Below are positions 26,801 through 36,600 of a DNA stretch of 54,846 bases, one piece after another; the first letter of the stretch is position 1, and each line of letters begins with the position of its first letter. Under the pieces are notes generated by a model. That model was not told the DNA's origin. It searched no databases and was given only the letters and a program-made list of their open reading frames with translations. The DNA is taken from the NCBI GenBank assembly GCA_964346295.1, contig CAYFUG010000006.1, forward strand, positions 1-54,846, read 5' to 3'. A program made the translations under genes and the position numbers. This DNA is from an uncultured Bdellovibrionales bacterium. Its GTDB lineage: Bacteria; Patescibacteriota; Minisyncoccia; Moranbacterales; DUUL01.

Positions 26801-27386
26801 CAACGAAGAGGATGGTTTAAGCAAGAAGAAGACTGATAGTAAGGAATACATCGTTCCTGGTATTATGAACATGAAAGTTCAGGAGGGAGACTTAGTTACT
26901 CAGGGCCAGGTTCTCTCAGAGGGTCATATCGACCTCAAGAAACTCTTCAAGGTTAGTGGCCGAGATCCTGTTTATCGTTATATTCTCCGAGAGGTCCAGG
27001 AAATTTATCAAACTCAAGGAGAAGGAATTAGTGATAAGCACATTGAGATCATTATCCGGCAGATGCTTTCTAGGACTCAAGTTTTAGATCCGGGAGACAC
27101 TGAACTTTTGGCGGGTGACGTGATTGATTATGTTCAATTCGAGGCTATTAACGAGCAAACTATCCAGCAGGGCGGTAAAGAAGCAGTAGGAGAGCGACTA
27201 GTGTTGGGAATTTCCAAAGTGGCCCTTTCTACTGATAGCTTCCTTTCCGCAGCGTCTTTCCAGGAAACTGCCAAGGTTCTTATCGAGGCAGCTACTCAGG
27301 GAAAGATGGATCATTTGCGCGGTCTCAAGGAGAATGTAATTATTGGAAAACTTATTCCAGCTGGGACTGGGTACAGGAAGAAATAG
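23814..27386 (+). CDS. rpoC: DNA-directed RNA polymerase subunit beta prime
   Basis: 1190 aa with the zinc motif [23 protein letters not shown], catalytic NADFDGDQM, and bridge-helix / trigger-loop regions. Confidence 0.98.
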   Translation: [1190 protein letters not shown]

Positions 27387-27441
27387 TAAATTTTCGATAA
27401 TCGGGGTTATTGCTTACTGTCTTTAGATTTAGTTTTCGAGG

Positions 27442-27472
27442 AAAAGCAGGCTTTTTAGGGCCTGCTTTTTTG
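27442..27472 (+). terminator. Rho-independent terminator after rpoC
   Basis: AAAAGCAGGC-tttttagg-GCCTGCTTTTTT: GC-rich stem followed by a T-run, 56 nt after the rpoC stop. Confidence 0.8.
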
Positions 27473-27474
27473 AT

Positions 27475-27504
27475 TTGGCCAAGAAAGGATAAAAGTGATA
27501 AAAT
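27475..27504 (+). promoter_or_regulatory. Promoter candidate: TTGGCC, 18-nt spacer, TGa-TAAAAT
   Basis: GATTTGGCCAAGAAAGGATAAAAGTGATAAAAT has the same GATTTGG-type -35 context as 1478 and 2579. Lies 50 nt upstream of the ATPase ATG. Confidence 0.45.
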
Positions 27505-27554
27505 GAGGATACTGATTTTAACTGAATGATTTTGATTTAATTAATTTTATTTAT

Positions 27555-30254
27555 ATGGAAAAAAATTGGCACAACTGGAAAATAGAAACTGTTCAAAAGA
27601 AGCTTAAAACTGGGGTCCGAGGCTTAACAGAGAGGGAAGCTCAGAAAAGATTAGAATTACACGGTAAGAATGTTTTGCCTCAAAAAAAGCGGTTCTCTCG
27701 ATTAAAAATTTTTCTTGATCAGTTTACCAATTCTTTGACCTACATAATGTTAGCAGCTACTGGAATTTCTTTTGCTTTGGGGCATTTTTCTGACGCCGTT
27801 TTCATCCTAATAGTGCTCTTGATCAATACCCTGGTGGGGTATTATCAAGAAAATAAGGTTAATAACTCCTTGGAGGCTCTTAACGAGGCGGTTCGCTTGG
27901 AGGCAAGGGTTATTAGAGGGGGTAAGGAAAGAAAGCTTGATAGTGAGGAGTTAGTTCCGGGGGATTTAGTAATTTTGAAGGCAGGAGACAAAGTCCCAGC
28001 TGATGGAAGGATCGTGGAGTTTGATGATCTGAAGATAAACGAAGCTTCTTTAACAGGGGAGTGGTTGGCGGTGAGTAAGGGTTCTCGGAAAGTAGCTGAA
28101 GAGGCAGTGGTGGCGGAAAGAAAAAACATGGCTTTTATGGGCACAGTGGTGGAGCGAGGGCAAGCTAAAATAATAGTTACCGAGACTAGTCTTAGTACCC
28201 AGTTTGGAGAAATTGTTGCTTTGGTGAAAGATACCGTGGAGCCTAAAACCCCCCTTCAGAAGAAAATTGCTAGACTTTCTCAGTGGTTGGCTCTGTTTGT
28301 GGTGTTGGCGATTGGAGTAATCGTCGCAGAAGGGTTTTTGATGGGCAGAGACTTAGCAGAGGTGTTTATCGTGGCTCTAGCTTTAGCAGTTTCAGCAATC
28401 CCAGAGGGCTTACTCCCTGCTACTACGGTAGTGCTGGTTTTGGCGATGCGGAGAATCCTCAAGAATAAAGGAGTGGTTAAGAAATTGACGGCCGCGGAGA
28501 GCTTAGGAAGTGTTACCACGGTTTGTACCGATAAAACCGGCACTCTTACAGAAGGAAAAATGCGAGTGAGCCAAGTGATTGCCGGTAAGAGCCTGGTTTC
28601 CCAAGAACGAGTAATTGCTTCTTTTAAAAATTACAAAAATTCTAAACAGAAAAACACAGGAAGCGGACAATGGAACGAAGGCGAAAAGGAGGCCTTGATG
28701 ATTGGAGGTCTCACCAACGATGCTTTTGTAGAGAACCCAGAAAAGGATTACTCTAAATGGAAAGTTCACGGAGATTTCACTGACAAAGCTCTTTTGTTGG
28801 GCGCCGTGGAGTCCGGTCTCAAATTAAAAAGACTTGAAAAACAAAATCCACTTGTTAAAAAATTTCCTTTTAATTCCCAGGTACGGTTAGCGGCTTCTTT
28901 ACGAGAAAATCCCAATAAAAAGCAACAAGAACTCTTAGTAGTAGGAGCTCCGGAGGAAGTGATGAGTCGTTGTCAGGCAGTAGATTGGCAGACTGGCAAA
29001 AAAGACTCCTTGGACAATAAATTAAGAAATCGTCTGGCTGAAAAACTAGAAGACTTAACTACCCAGGGTTTAAGGGTGGTGGCTTGTGCTCAAAGGAAAG
29101 TGTCACCTCAAACTAAGGTAACGGACATTGATCAATTGGCTCAAGAGTTAACTTTAGTAGGATTTATTGGGCTTAAAGATCCCGTCCGGAAGGAAGTGGT
29201 GGATTCTATGCGCAAAATAAAAGAAGCTGGTATTAATCCGATTATCATCACTGGCGATCATCGCCTAACTGCTAAAGCTGTAGCGCAGGAGTTAGGCTTC
29301 GAGCTTCAAGATGACCAGATTTTAGAGGGTTATCAATTGGCGAAACTAAGTGATAAGCAACTAGAAAAACATTGCCGAAAAGTTTTGTTATATTCCCGGG
29401 CCCTTCCCGAACAAAAATTGCGAATAGTAGAGGCCTTGCACAAAAATAATCAAATTGTGGCAATGTTTGGGGACGGAATTAATGATGCCCCCGCTCTTAA
29501 GGCGGCAGACATTGGAATCGCGGTTGGATCCGGGACTGATGTGGCAAAGGAAGTGGCGGATTTAGTTTTATTGGATGATAACTTTGCTACTGCTACTAGA
29601 GCTATCGAACAAGGGAGGGTGGCTTTTTCTAATATTCGAAAGATATTTATTTTTTTGGTAACAGATACTTTTACGGAAGTGGTGTTATTTATTGGGGCAA
29701 TGGCCTTGGGTCTTCCCTTGCCTCTTTTGGCAGCTCAAATTCTTTGGATTAATTTAGTCAACGATGGCTTTCCAGGGATTGCTTTGACTACCGAACAGGA
29801 AACAAGAGGAGTAATGCAGGAACCTCCTCGTGCTCCTCAGGAACCGATTATCAATAAACCGATTCGGCGTTGGATTATTGCTATATTCATAATTAATGGA
29901 ATCGTAACTTTTGGCTTTTTTTGGCTTTTGATAAAGCTTGGTTGGCCAATTGAGCGGTTGCGTACTGCGGTTTTCGTTTTAACAGCCTTAGACTCTCTAT
30001 TGTTTGCTTATTCGGTGCGATCGCTGAAGCGTCCGATTTTTAGAAAGGACATTTTTTCTAATCGTTACCTCAATTGGTCAATAATAGCTGGGTTTTTGAT
30101 GTTGGTAGCAGCGGTTTATTTGCCTTCTTTGCAGTCATTTTTAGGGACAGTGGCTTTGAGTGGTTGGGCTTGGCTGGCAATTTTCGTGATTACTTTTGGG
30201 GAGTTGGTGATGTATGAAATATTTAGGCAAGTTTTTATGGATAAAAAGAACTAA
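27555..30254 (+). CDS. P-type cation-transporting ATPase (type II, Ca2+/Mg2+-like)
   Basis: 899 aa with TGE-region LTGEW, PEGL motif (IPEGLLPATT), phosphorylation site CTDKTGTLT, and the hinge motifs TGDH and GDGINDAPAL. Multiple TM helices. Confidence 0.92.
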   Translation: MEKNWHNWKIETVQKKLKTGVRGLTEREAQKRLELHGKNVLPQKKRFSRLKIFLDQFTNSLTYIMLAATGISFALGHFSDAVFILIVLLINTLVGYYQENKVNNSLEALNEAVRLEARVIRGGKERKLDSEELVPGDLVILKAGDKVPADGRIVEFDDLKINEASLTGEWLAVSKGSRKVAEEAVVAERKNMAFMGTVVERGQAKIIVTETSLSTQFGEIVALVKDTVEPKTPLQKKIARLSQWLALFVVLAIGVIVAEGFLMGRDLAEVFIVALALAVSAIPEGLLPATTVVLVLAMRRILKNKGVVKKLTAAESLGSVTTVCTDKTGTLTEGKMRVSQVIAGKSLVSQERVIASFKNYKNSKQKNTGSGQWNEGEKEALMIGGLTNDAFVENPEKDYSKWKVHGDFTDKALLLGAVESGLKLKRLEKQNPLVKKFPFNSQVRLAASLRENPNKKQQELLVVGAPEEVMSRCQAVDWQTGKKDSLDNKLRNRLAEKLEDLTTQGLRVVACAQRKVSPQTKVTDIDQLAQELTLVGFIGLKDPVRKEVVDSMRKIKEAGINPIIITGDHRLTAKAVAQELGFELQDDQILEGYQLAKLSDKQLEKHCRKVLLYSRALPEQKLRIVEALHKNNQIVAMFGDGINDAPALKAADIGIAVGSGTDVAKEVADLVLLDDNFATATRAIEQGRVAFSNIRKIFIFLVTDTFTEVVLFIGAMALGLPLPLLAAQILWINLVNDGFPGIALTTEQETRGVMQEPPRAPQEPIINKPIRRWIIAIFIINGIVTFGFFWLLIKLGWPIERLRTAVFVLTALDSLLFAYSVRSLKRPIFRKDIFSNRYLNWSIIAGFLMLVAAVYLPSLQSFLGTVALSGWAWLAIFVITFGELVMYEIFRQVFMDKKN

Positions 30255-30331
30255 ATTTTCAATTTTGAATTGTTAAGCAATTTCTAATAATTCAATGACT
30301 AAATGCTTAATAATAAATTTAGTTTAAGCTA

Positions 30332-30495
30332 AGAAACTGTCTGAAAAGTATTCTCCTACTGCAAATCCCAAATCTCGGCTCTAAATTTATCAAATCTCGT
30401 CACCGTAGCTTAGGCTACAACTTCCTCAATTTTCAAAATTTTCGCACGAGATTATGAAATTTTCGTAGACGAAGAATACTTCTCAGACAGTTTCT
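30332..30495. repeat. 164-bp palindromic (MITE-like) intergenic element
   Basis: Terminal inverted repeats AGAAACTGTCTGAAAAGTATTCT... and ...AGAATACTTCTCAGACAGTTTCT (22-bp core with one mismatch, extendable to about 31 bp with several more). Inner inverted pairs AATCTCG/CGAGATT and GTAGC-ttag-GCTAC. Confidence 0.7.
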
Positions 30496-30598
30496 AAGAT
30501 GAAGCTATGCAATTAAGTAGGGAAGAAGTCAAAAGCTTTATCCAGCGGGATATTGAAAAATAAAAATTTGATTTATAGGGGATTTAAGAAAGGAAATC

Positions 30599-31051
30599 AT
30601 GAAAAAAGAATTTTTAGCTAAAAATCTCAAGGACACAGAAAAAATTGCCAGGGAGGTAATCAAGAAAATGGCCTCTGAGAGTCGAAATGTTTTGTTTTTG
30701 CAAGGCGAATTGGGAGCAGGAAAGACCACTTTTTCTCAGCAAGTCTTGAGGTTTTTGGGGGCGCGGGGGCCTTTTACCTCGCCGACTTTTGTAATCATGA
30801 AAAAGTATCCATTGAGCAAGTCTGGAGAGAGTCAGGGATTTCAGACTGTTTATCACTTAGATTGCTATCGCGTGGAAAGCTCGGATGTGCTAGAGTTGGG
30901 CTGGCAGGAAATCATTGGAGACCCTCGGAATCTAGTTTTAGTAGAGTGGCCGGAGCGGATTGAGGATATTTGGCCAAAGGAAGGGGAATTTTTGAGGGTA
31001 GGGTTTGAGATTTTGGGAGAGGAGGAGCGGAGGATTAGTATGGAATTATGA
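30599..31051 (+). CDS. tsaE: tRNA threonylcarbamoyladenosine biosynthesis ATPase TsaE
   Basis: 150 aa with P-loop LQGELGAGKTTF, SPTF motif (FTSPTFVIMKKY), and HLDCYR and VEWPE motifs. Confidence 0.85.
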   Translation: MKKEFLAKNLKDTEKIAREVIKKMASESRNVLFLQGELGAGKTTFSQQVLRFLGARGPFTSPTFVIMKKYPLSKSGESQGFQTVYHLDCYRVESSDVLELGWQEIIGDPRNLVLVEWPERIEDIWPKEGEFLRVGFEILGEEERRISMEL

Positions 31052-31124
31052 ATTTTAAGTTTCAAATTTTAAAACAATTTCAAATAGTTGAAATAGTTGA
31101 ATATCAAAATAATCTTGAAAGGGC

Positions 31125-31814
31125 ATGGTATCGTTAAAGAATCTATTAAAGAAGGTGGCGTTGCTTGCCAAGAAAGTTTACTGGAGATTTAGGTTATTAA
31201 GCTTGGGTGGAGAGGAATATTTTCCTGGTAGGCATTTAAAAAATACTCGAAAATTTTATCAAGAAAAAGATTTTGGAGCTCCGGACCATGAACTCTATCA
31301 ACTTTGGAAGCAACAAGTTTGTGCAATTGCTTCCTTAAAGATGATTACTGATTATTTAGGCAAGACATCAAGTCAGACGCTTTATCAAATGTCGCAAGAG
31401 AGTCTTGTTTTTGGCACTTTTGAGATCCCCAAGAAAATTGAGCGGCCCGATGATATTAAGGGGATTTTTCATAAAGGCCTAGAAAAGTATATTCAATCTT
31501 TCGGATTAGATGTCTTGAGAGATAGTATGGTGCCGATAGAGAGGGTAATATTCTTTCTCTCTGAGGGGTGGTTATTTTTGGGATCTATAAATTACTATGA
31601 AATGTACAATGAAGTGACAGAAGGCCCGGGTAAACACATTGTTTTAGTAATAGGTGCCAGCAAGGAAAAAGAAGGATGGAAAATCTATTTTAAAGATCCT
31701 TCTTGGGGAAGAGAAAAAGAAACAGAAGCGGTGAGCGAAAAGATATTCCTAGAAAATTTTAATCATAGAGGTTTGTTTATAAAACTTAAAACTCAAAATC
31801 ATGAAAACCAGTAA
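31125..31814 (+). CDS. Peptidase C39-like (papain-fold) domain protein, tentative
   Basis: The candidate catalytic Cys context QQVCAIASLKMITDYLG and His context GKHIVLVIG resemble C39-like domains. Overlaps the next gene by 14 nt. Confidence 0.5.
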   Translation: MVSLKNLLKKVALLAKKVYWRFRLLSLGGEEYFPGRHLKNTRKFYQEKDFGAPDHELYQLWKQQVCAIASLKMITDYLGKTSSQTLYQMSQESLVFGTFEIPKKIERPDDIKGIFHKGLEKYIQSFGLDVLRDSMVPIERVIFFLSEGWLFLGSINYYEMYNEVTEGPGKHIVLVIGASKEKEGWKIYFKDPSWGREKETEAVSEKIFLENFNHRGLFIKLKTQNHENQ

Positions 31815-33171
31815 AATCAACCCCGGAATTTTTAAGGCCTATGATATTCGGGGGCTTTATCCACAAGAACTTGATGGTGAGATGGCTTATCGTTTAGGCC
31901 GGGCGCTAGTTGTGTACACGGGGGCGAAAAAAGTTGTAGTAGGTAAGGATATGCGAGCTAGTTCAGAAATCCTGGAAGATCGTTTAATTGGGGGGATTTT
32001 AGATCAAGGAGCGGCTGTAGTGCGCTTGGGCCTAGCAACTACTCCCATGCTATATTTTGCTAGTGGCAAGTTGGAGGTGGATGCGGGAATCATCATTACG
32101 GCTTCCCATAATCCGGCTCAGTACAACGGTTTTAAGATGTTCTTCAAGGAGGCGGTTCCGATTGGCGAGGGAGCGGGGATGGAGGAGATTCGAGACTTGG
32201 TTTTGAAGAATGACTTTCCAGATTTGAAAGGCGAGAAGTCCAAAGTGGAAGATCGAGAGGATTTTCGAAAGCAATATTTCGAATACATTAAAAGCTTTTT
32301 TAATGCGGAGGTTGCTAAAATTACTCCTCGCAAGATAGTGGTTGATTTTGCCAATGGAATTGGGGCAATTGACAAGCCGATTCTGGAATCTCTAGAAAAG
32401 CGAGGGCACTTAAAAGCCAGTTACCTTTTTGAAGAATTGGATGGAAACTTTCCTAATCACGAGGCCAATCCCCTCAAAACAGAGACTCTCAGAGAATTGC
32501 AAGAGACCGTTAAGGATCAGCAGGCAGATTTGGGAGTGGCTTATGATGGAGATGCGGATCGAGTGGGCTTTGTGGATGAAAAGGGCGAAGTGATACCAAT
32601 GGACTTTATTACCGGCTTAATCGCTCGAGAAGTGCTCAAAAAGCATCCAGGCGGTAAAATATTGATGGATTTGCGTAGCTCTAATGCGGTGAAGGAGTTT
32701 GTGGAGGCGGCTGGAGGGATAGTGAAGCGTTGCCGAGTGGGGCATTCCTTAATTAAAGCTCAAATGAGAAAAGAGGGAGCAGTGTTTGCCGGAGAATTAA
32801 GTGGCCATTATTTTTTTGAAGAAAATTACAAAGCGGAAATGGCTTCGTTGGCAGTGGTGATGATTCTCAATCTTCTTAACGAGACGGGTCGGCCAATGTC
32901 GGAGCTGGTCAAGGAACTGAAAAAGTATTATCATAGTGGGGAGATTAATTCTGAGGTTCAGGATAAGGAGGCGGTCTTTACGAAGCTGAAAAAGGATTAT
33001 ACTGAAGGCGAATTAGACGAGTTGGACGGAGTGCGGATTGACTTTAAAGATTGGTGGTTTAATGTGCGAGCTTCTAATACTGAGTTTAAAATCCGGCTTA
33101 ATTTAGAGGCTAAAACTAAAGAGTTGATGGAGGAGAGAAGGGATGAGGTTCTGAATATCATCCGAAGCTAG
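31801..33171 (+). CDS. Phosphomannomutase/phosphoglucomutase (alpha-D-phosphohexomutase)
   Basis: Active-site loop TASHNPAQYNGFK, metal-binding loop AYDGDADRVGF, and sugar-binding GELSGHYFF. Confidence 0.9.
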   Translation: MKTSKINPGIFKAYDIRGLYPQELDGEMAYRLGRALVVYTGAKKVVVGKDMRASSEILEDRLIGGILDQGAAVVRLGLATTPMLYFASGKLEVDAGIIITASHNPAQYNGFKMFFKEAVPIGEGAGMEEIRDLVLKNDFPDLKGEKSKVEDREDFRKQYFEYIKSFFNAEVAKITPRKIVVDFANGIGAIDKPILESLEKRGHLKASYLFEELDGNFPNHEANPLKTETLRELQETVKDQQADLGVAYDGDADRVGFVDEKGEVIPMDFITGLIAREVLKKHPGGKILMDLRSSNAVKEFVEAAGGIVKRCRVGHSLIKAQMRKEGAVFAGELSGHYFFEENYKAEMASLAVVMILNLLNETGRPMSELVKELKKYYHSGEINSEVQDKEAVFTKLKKDYTEGELDELDGVRIDFKDWWFNVRASNTEFKIRLNLEAKTKELMEERRDEVLNIIRS

Positions 33172-33311
33172 CGGAGTGGGGAGGCGAGAATTTCATTTTT
33201 GGCGCTACATCAGGATTGGATTCTTACTCAGAGCGGGAAAGTTGCTTAGTTGCTCGAGGGTTTTAGTTTTATCCAGAACAAAGCAGTTTCGATTGGCAAT
33301 TAGTGTAAAAA

Positions 33312-33527
33312 ATGAGTAATTTAATTATAATAGAACAATATAATACAAGAATTGAGGCGGAAGTAGATAAAGGCCTACTAGAATCCAATGGAATAAAGGC
33401 TTTGATTTTTGCGGATGATGCCGGAGGGGCAAGACCGCATTTAAATTTGGCTGGTAGAGTAAAACTCCTGATAAGAAAAAAAGATCGAGACAAAGTCGCC
33501 GAATTATTAAAAGGTGGCGTTAAATAA
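33312..33527 (+). CDS. Small DUF2007-like protein (71 aa), tentative
   Basis: The pattern IIEQYNTRIEAEVDKGLLESNGIKALIFADD is typical of small DUF2007-type domains. The overlapping minus-strand ORF is hydrophobic low complexity. Confidence 0.4.
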   Translation: MSNLIIIEQYNTRIEAEVDKGLLESNGIKALIFADDAGGARPHLNLAGRVKLLIRKKDRDKVAELLKGGVK

Positions 33528-33636
33528 AACCAAAGTACTTTGTAATAAATTAGGACGGATGACACCGATAAACTTAAAATCAAGGGAAATATTCCAAAAA
33601 ACAAAAGCAAAAATTAAAAATAGCTAGAAAAGTATA

Positions 33637-36600
33637 ATGAATAAAGAAGACTTAAAAGAGGCTGGCCAATCTCCTGGTTCATCGGGAGTGCGAGGGGAAG
33701 TTGGTCAAAGACAGGCAGCTCAAGCTCAAGCACAGGCAGAGGCTAGTTCTCAGGTGAAGCCTCAATCTCAGATTTCAACAGCCTCCTTGGGAAATGATAA
33801 AAGTAATGGTGATTTGAGTGATGATTCCCAAGATTCCTGGGCTTCTTTTCGATCGGATTCAGAAGGAGAAGAGGAACGATTAGCCGAAGAAGAGCGACTC
33901 AGAGATTTAAAATCTTTACGGAAGGACAATTTTAATGTTGGCAATGATGCTCGCTTGCATCGAACTCTAAAAAAATCTCATCGTAAATCAGAAGAAGAAA
34001 GGGCTTCGCAGTTAGCCAAGCGCATGAAGCTTCCTTACTTAGATCTGAATATCTTTCCGGTGGATCAAGAGAATGTCACAATCATTCCCAAAGAGAAGGC
34101 TCAAAAGTTAAAGCTGGCAATAATCTTTAAAAAAGGGAAAAAGGTTAAAGTAGCCTTGTCGGATCCTGAGGACCCAGCAGCTCGAAGCTTTTTGGAGGAT
34201 TTTCAAAGCCAGCACGGTTATGATTTAGAAGCGTATGTAGTGTCCTATTCTTCTTTAGAGAGGGCCTGGGAGGGTTATGATAAGATTAAGTTGATTGATA
34301 AATTTGATTATCTGAGAATGGGGTTGAGCGGAGAGGATTTGGCAGAGTTCGAGAAAAATCTGAAAGGGCTAGTAGATCTGGAGAAGCGAATTAGTGAAAT
34401 TCCTACCACCGAAGTTTTCAATATGATAACCGCGGGAGCAATGAAGCTGGATGCTTCTGATATCCATTTTGAACCTCAAAAAAACGAGAAGGTTCGGTTG
34501 CGATATCGAATTGATGGAGTATTACAAGATGTAGCGGAATTTCCTATTAATACCTATTCTTCCATTGTTTCTCGAGTGAAGGTATTGGCCAAGATGATGC
34601 TCAATGTGCACGATGCCGCCCAGGATGGTCGTTTTTCGATAAGACTGGATGATAATGAGGATATGGGAGTGCGAGTTTCTATCATTCCCGGGAGCTTCGG
34701 AGAAAGTATTGTAATGCGTCTTCTTAGTCAAAAAATGGATGATTTAGAGTTAAGTAAGTTAGGTCTCCAAGGCATCAATCATGAGTGGCTAATGGACCAA
34801 ACAGAGAAGAAGCAAGGACTGATTATCAATTCTGGTCCTACCGGAAGCGGAAAAACCACCACTTTATATTCTATTATTAAACATCTCAATACTCCGGATC
34901 GAAAAATTATCAGCATCGAGGATCCGGTGGAGTATCAGATTCCAGGAGTAAGTCAAACTCAGGTTAACGAAGAGGAGGGCTACACTTTTCAAGAAGGGTT
35001 AAGAGCGGTGGTGCGCCAAGACCCCGATGTAATTCTAGTAGGGGAAATTAGAGACGAAGAAACCGCTGAGACTGCTATTCATTCTGCTCTTACGGGACAT
35101 TTAGTGCTTTCCACTATTCATGCTAACAGCGCCGCTGGAGTAGTAGGGAGAATCTTAGACCTAGGTGTGAAGCCTTCCTTGATTGGACCGGCGGCTAACG
35201 TATTTATTGCCCAGCGACTTTTGCGGAGATTGTGCCCTCACTGTAAAGAAAAGTATGAGCCAGCGCAGGAGACGGTAGAGGTAATAAAAAAGATGCTTTC
35301 TTTGGTTTCTCCTCATTCCAAGGTAGAGGTTCCTAAAGATATTGAGGCCCTTTGGCGTCCCAAAGGCTGCACTAAATGTCGCGGCTTAGGCTATAAAGGC
35401 CGAGTAGGAATTTTTGAGATTCTCAAAGTGGATAGTGACATTAAGGAGTTGATTGAAAATTTATCTTCAGAAGATGAAATTAGAAATGTTGCCCTGGAAA
35501 AAGGAATGATTACTTTAGAGCAAGATGGAATGCTAAAGTCAATCGCAGGAGAAACCAGTCTCGAGGAGCTGCAACGAGTAGCCGGGAAGGGAGATTATTT
35601 GATCGAGATTTATAATAAATTGATGGTCCAATCCTTGGCGGGTGGGATCTTATTAGAAGAAAAATACTTTAATAACCTAGAAAAAGTCATTAAGAATCGT
35701 CCTTTGATGTCCAAGGTGCTTAGTAAACTTAAATCCACGGGGATGTTAAAAGGCATTATGACCGGAGGAGTGCTGATGAAGGCGGGGGATATTCATATTG
35801 AGCCAGGAGATGGGGAGTTTAAGGTTCGTTATCGAGTAGATGGAGTATTGCACGATATTGTTTCTTTACCGATGGGGGACTTTCTGAGTCTAGTAAACGA
35901 AATCAAGTCTCTTGCGGGCTTTAAGACTGAGTCTCGGGAAGGAGTGATAGATGGCCGTTTCCGCTTGATCCTTCCTGACAGTCTTCATCAGAAAGTCGGG
36001 GAAAAAATCGACATTCGCCTCTCTATTATCTTAGGAGGATTTGGAGATATTATTGTAATGCGGCTCTTGAGAAGTGATTCCTTGAAGCCTAAATTAGAAA
36101 GCTTAGAAATCAATACTCTTAGCTTAGAGCGCATTAAGAGAAACATCGTTCGTCCTAATGGTATCGTAATTAACACCGGTCCTACCGGAAGCGGAAAAAC
36201 TACAACTTTGTATTCTATTCTGGGCCATCTTAATCGTCCGGAGCTGAAAATTATCACTGTGGAAGATCCGATTGAGTATCAAATGGATGGTATTATTCAA
36301 ACTCAGGTTAACGACAAAGAGGGATATACTTTTGCCACCGCGATGCGTTCTCTATTGCGTCAAAATCCCGACATTATGATGATTGGAGAGATTCGAGATG
36401 AGGAAACAGCCCAAATTGCTTATCAGGCAGCTTTGACCGGTCACTTAGTGCTCTCTACTTTGCACACCAATAGTGCGGCGGGTTCTTTTCAGCGCCTTCT
36501 GAATATGAATATGAACATCTCCGATCTTTCTAGCGGCACCAATTGTTTTATGGCGCAACGGTTGATTCGGAAAATTTGTCCTCATTGTAAGCAAAAGCTT

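Noticed and set aside
33269-33610. 113-aa minus-strand ORF overlapping the DUF2007-like ORF
   Set aside because: It is a hydrophobic low-complexity product. The plus-strand 71-aa ORF has a recognisable small-domain pattern and matches the orientation of neighbouring genes. Both calls remain weak.
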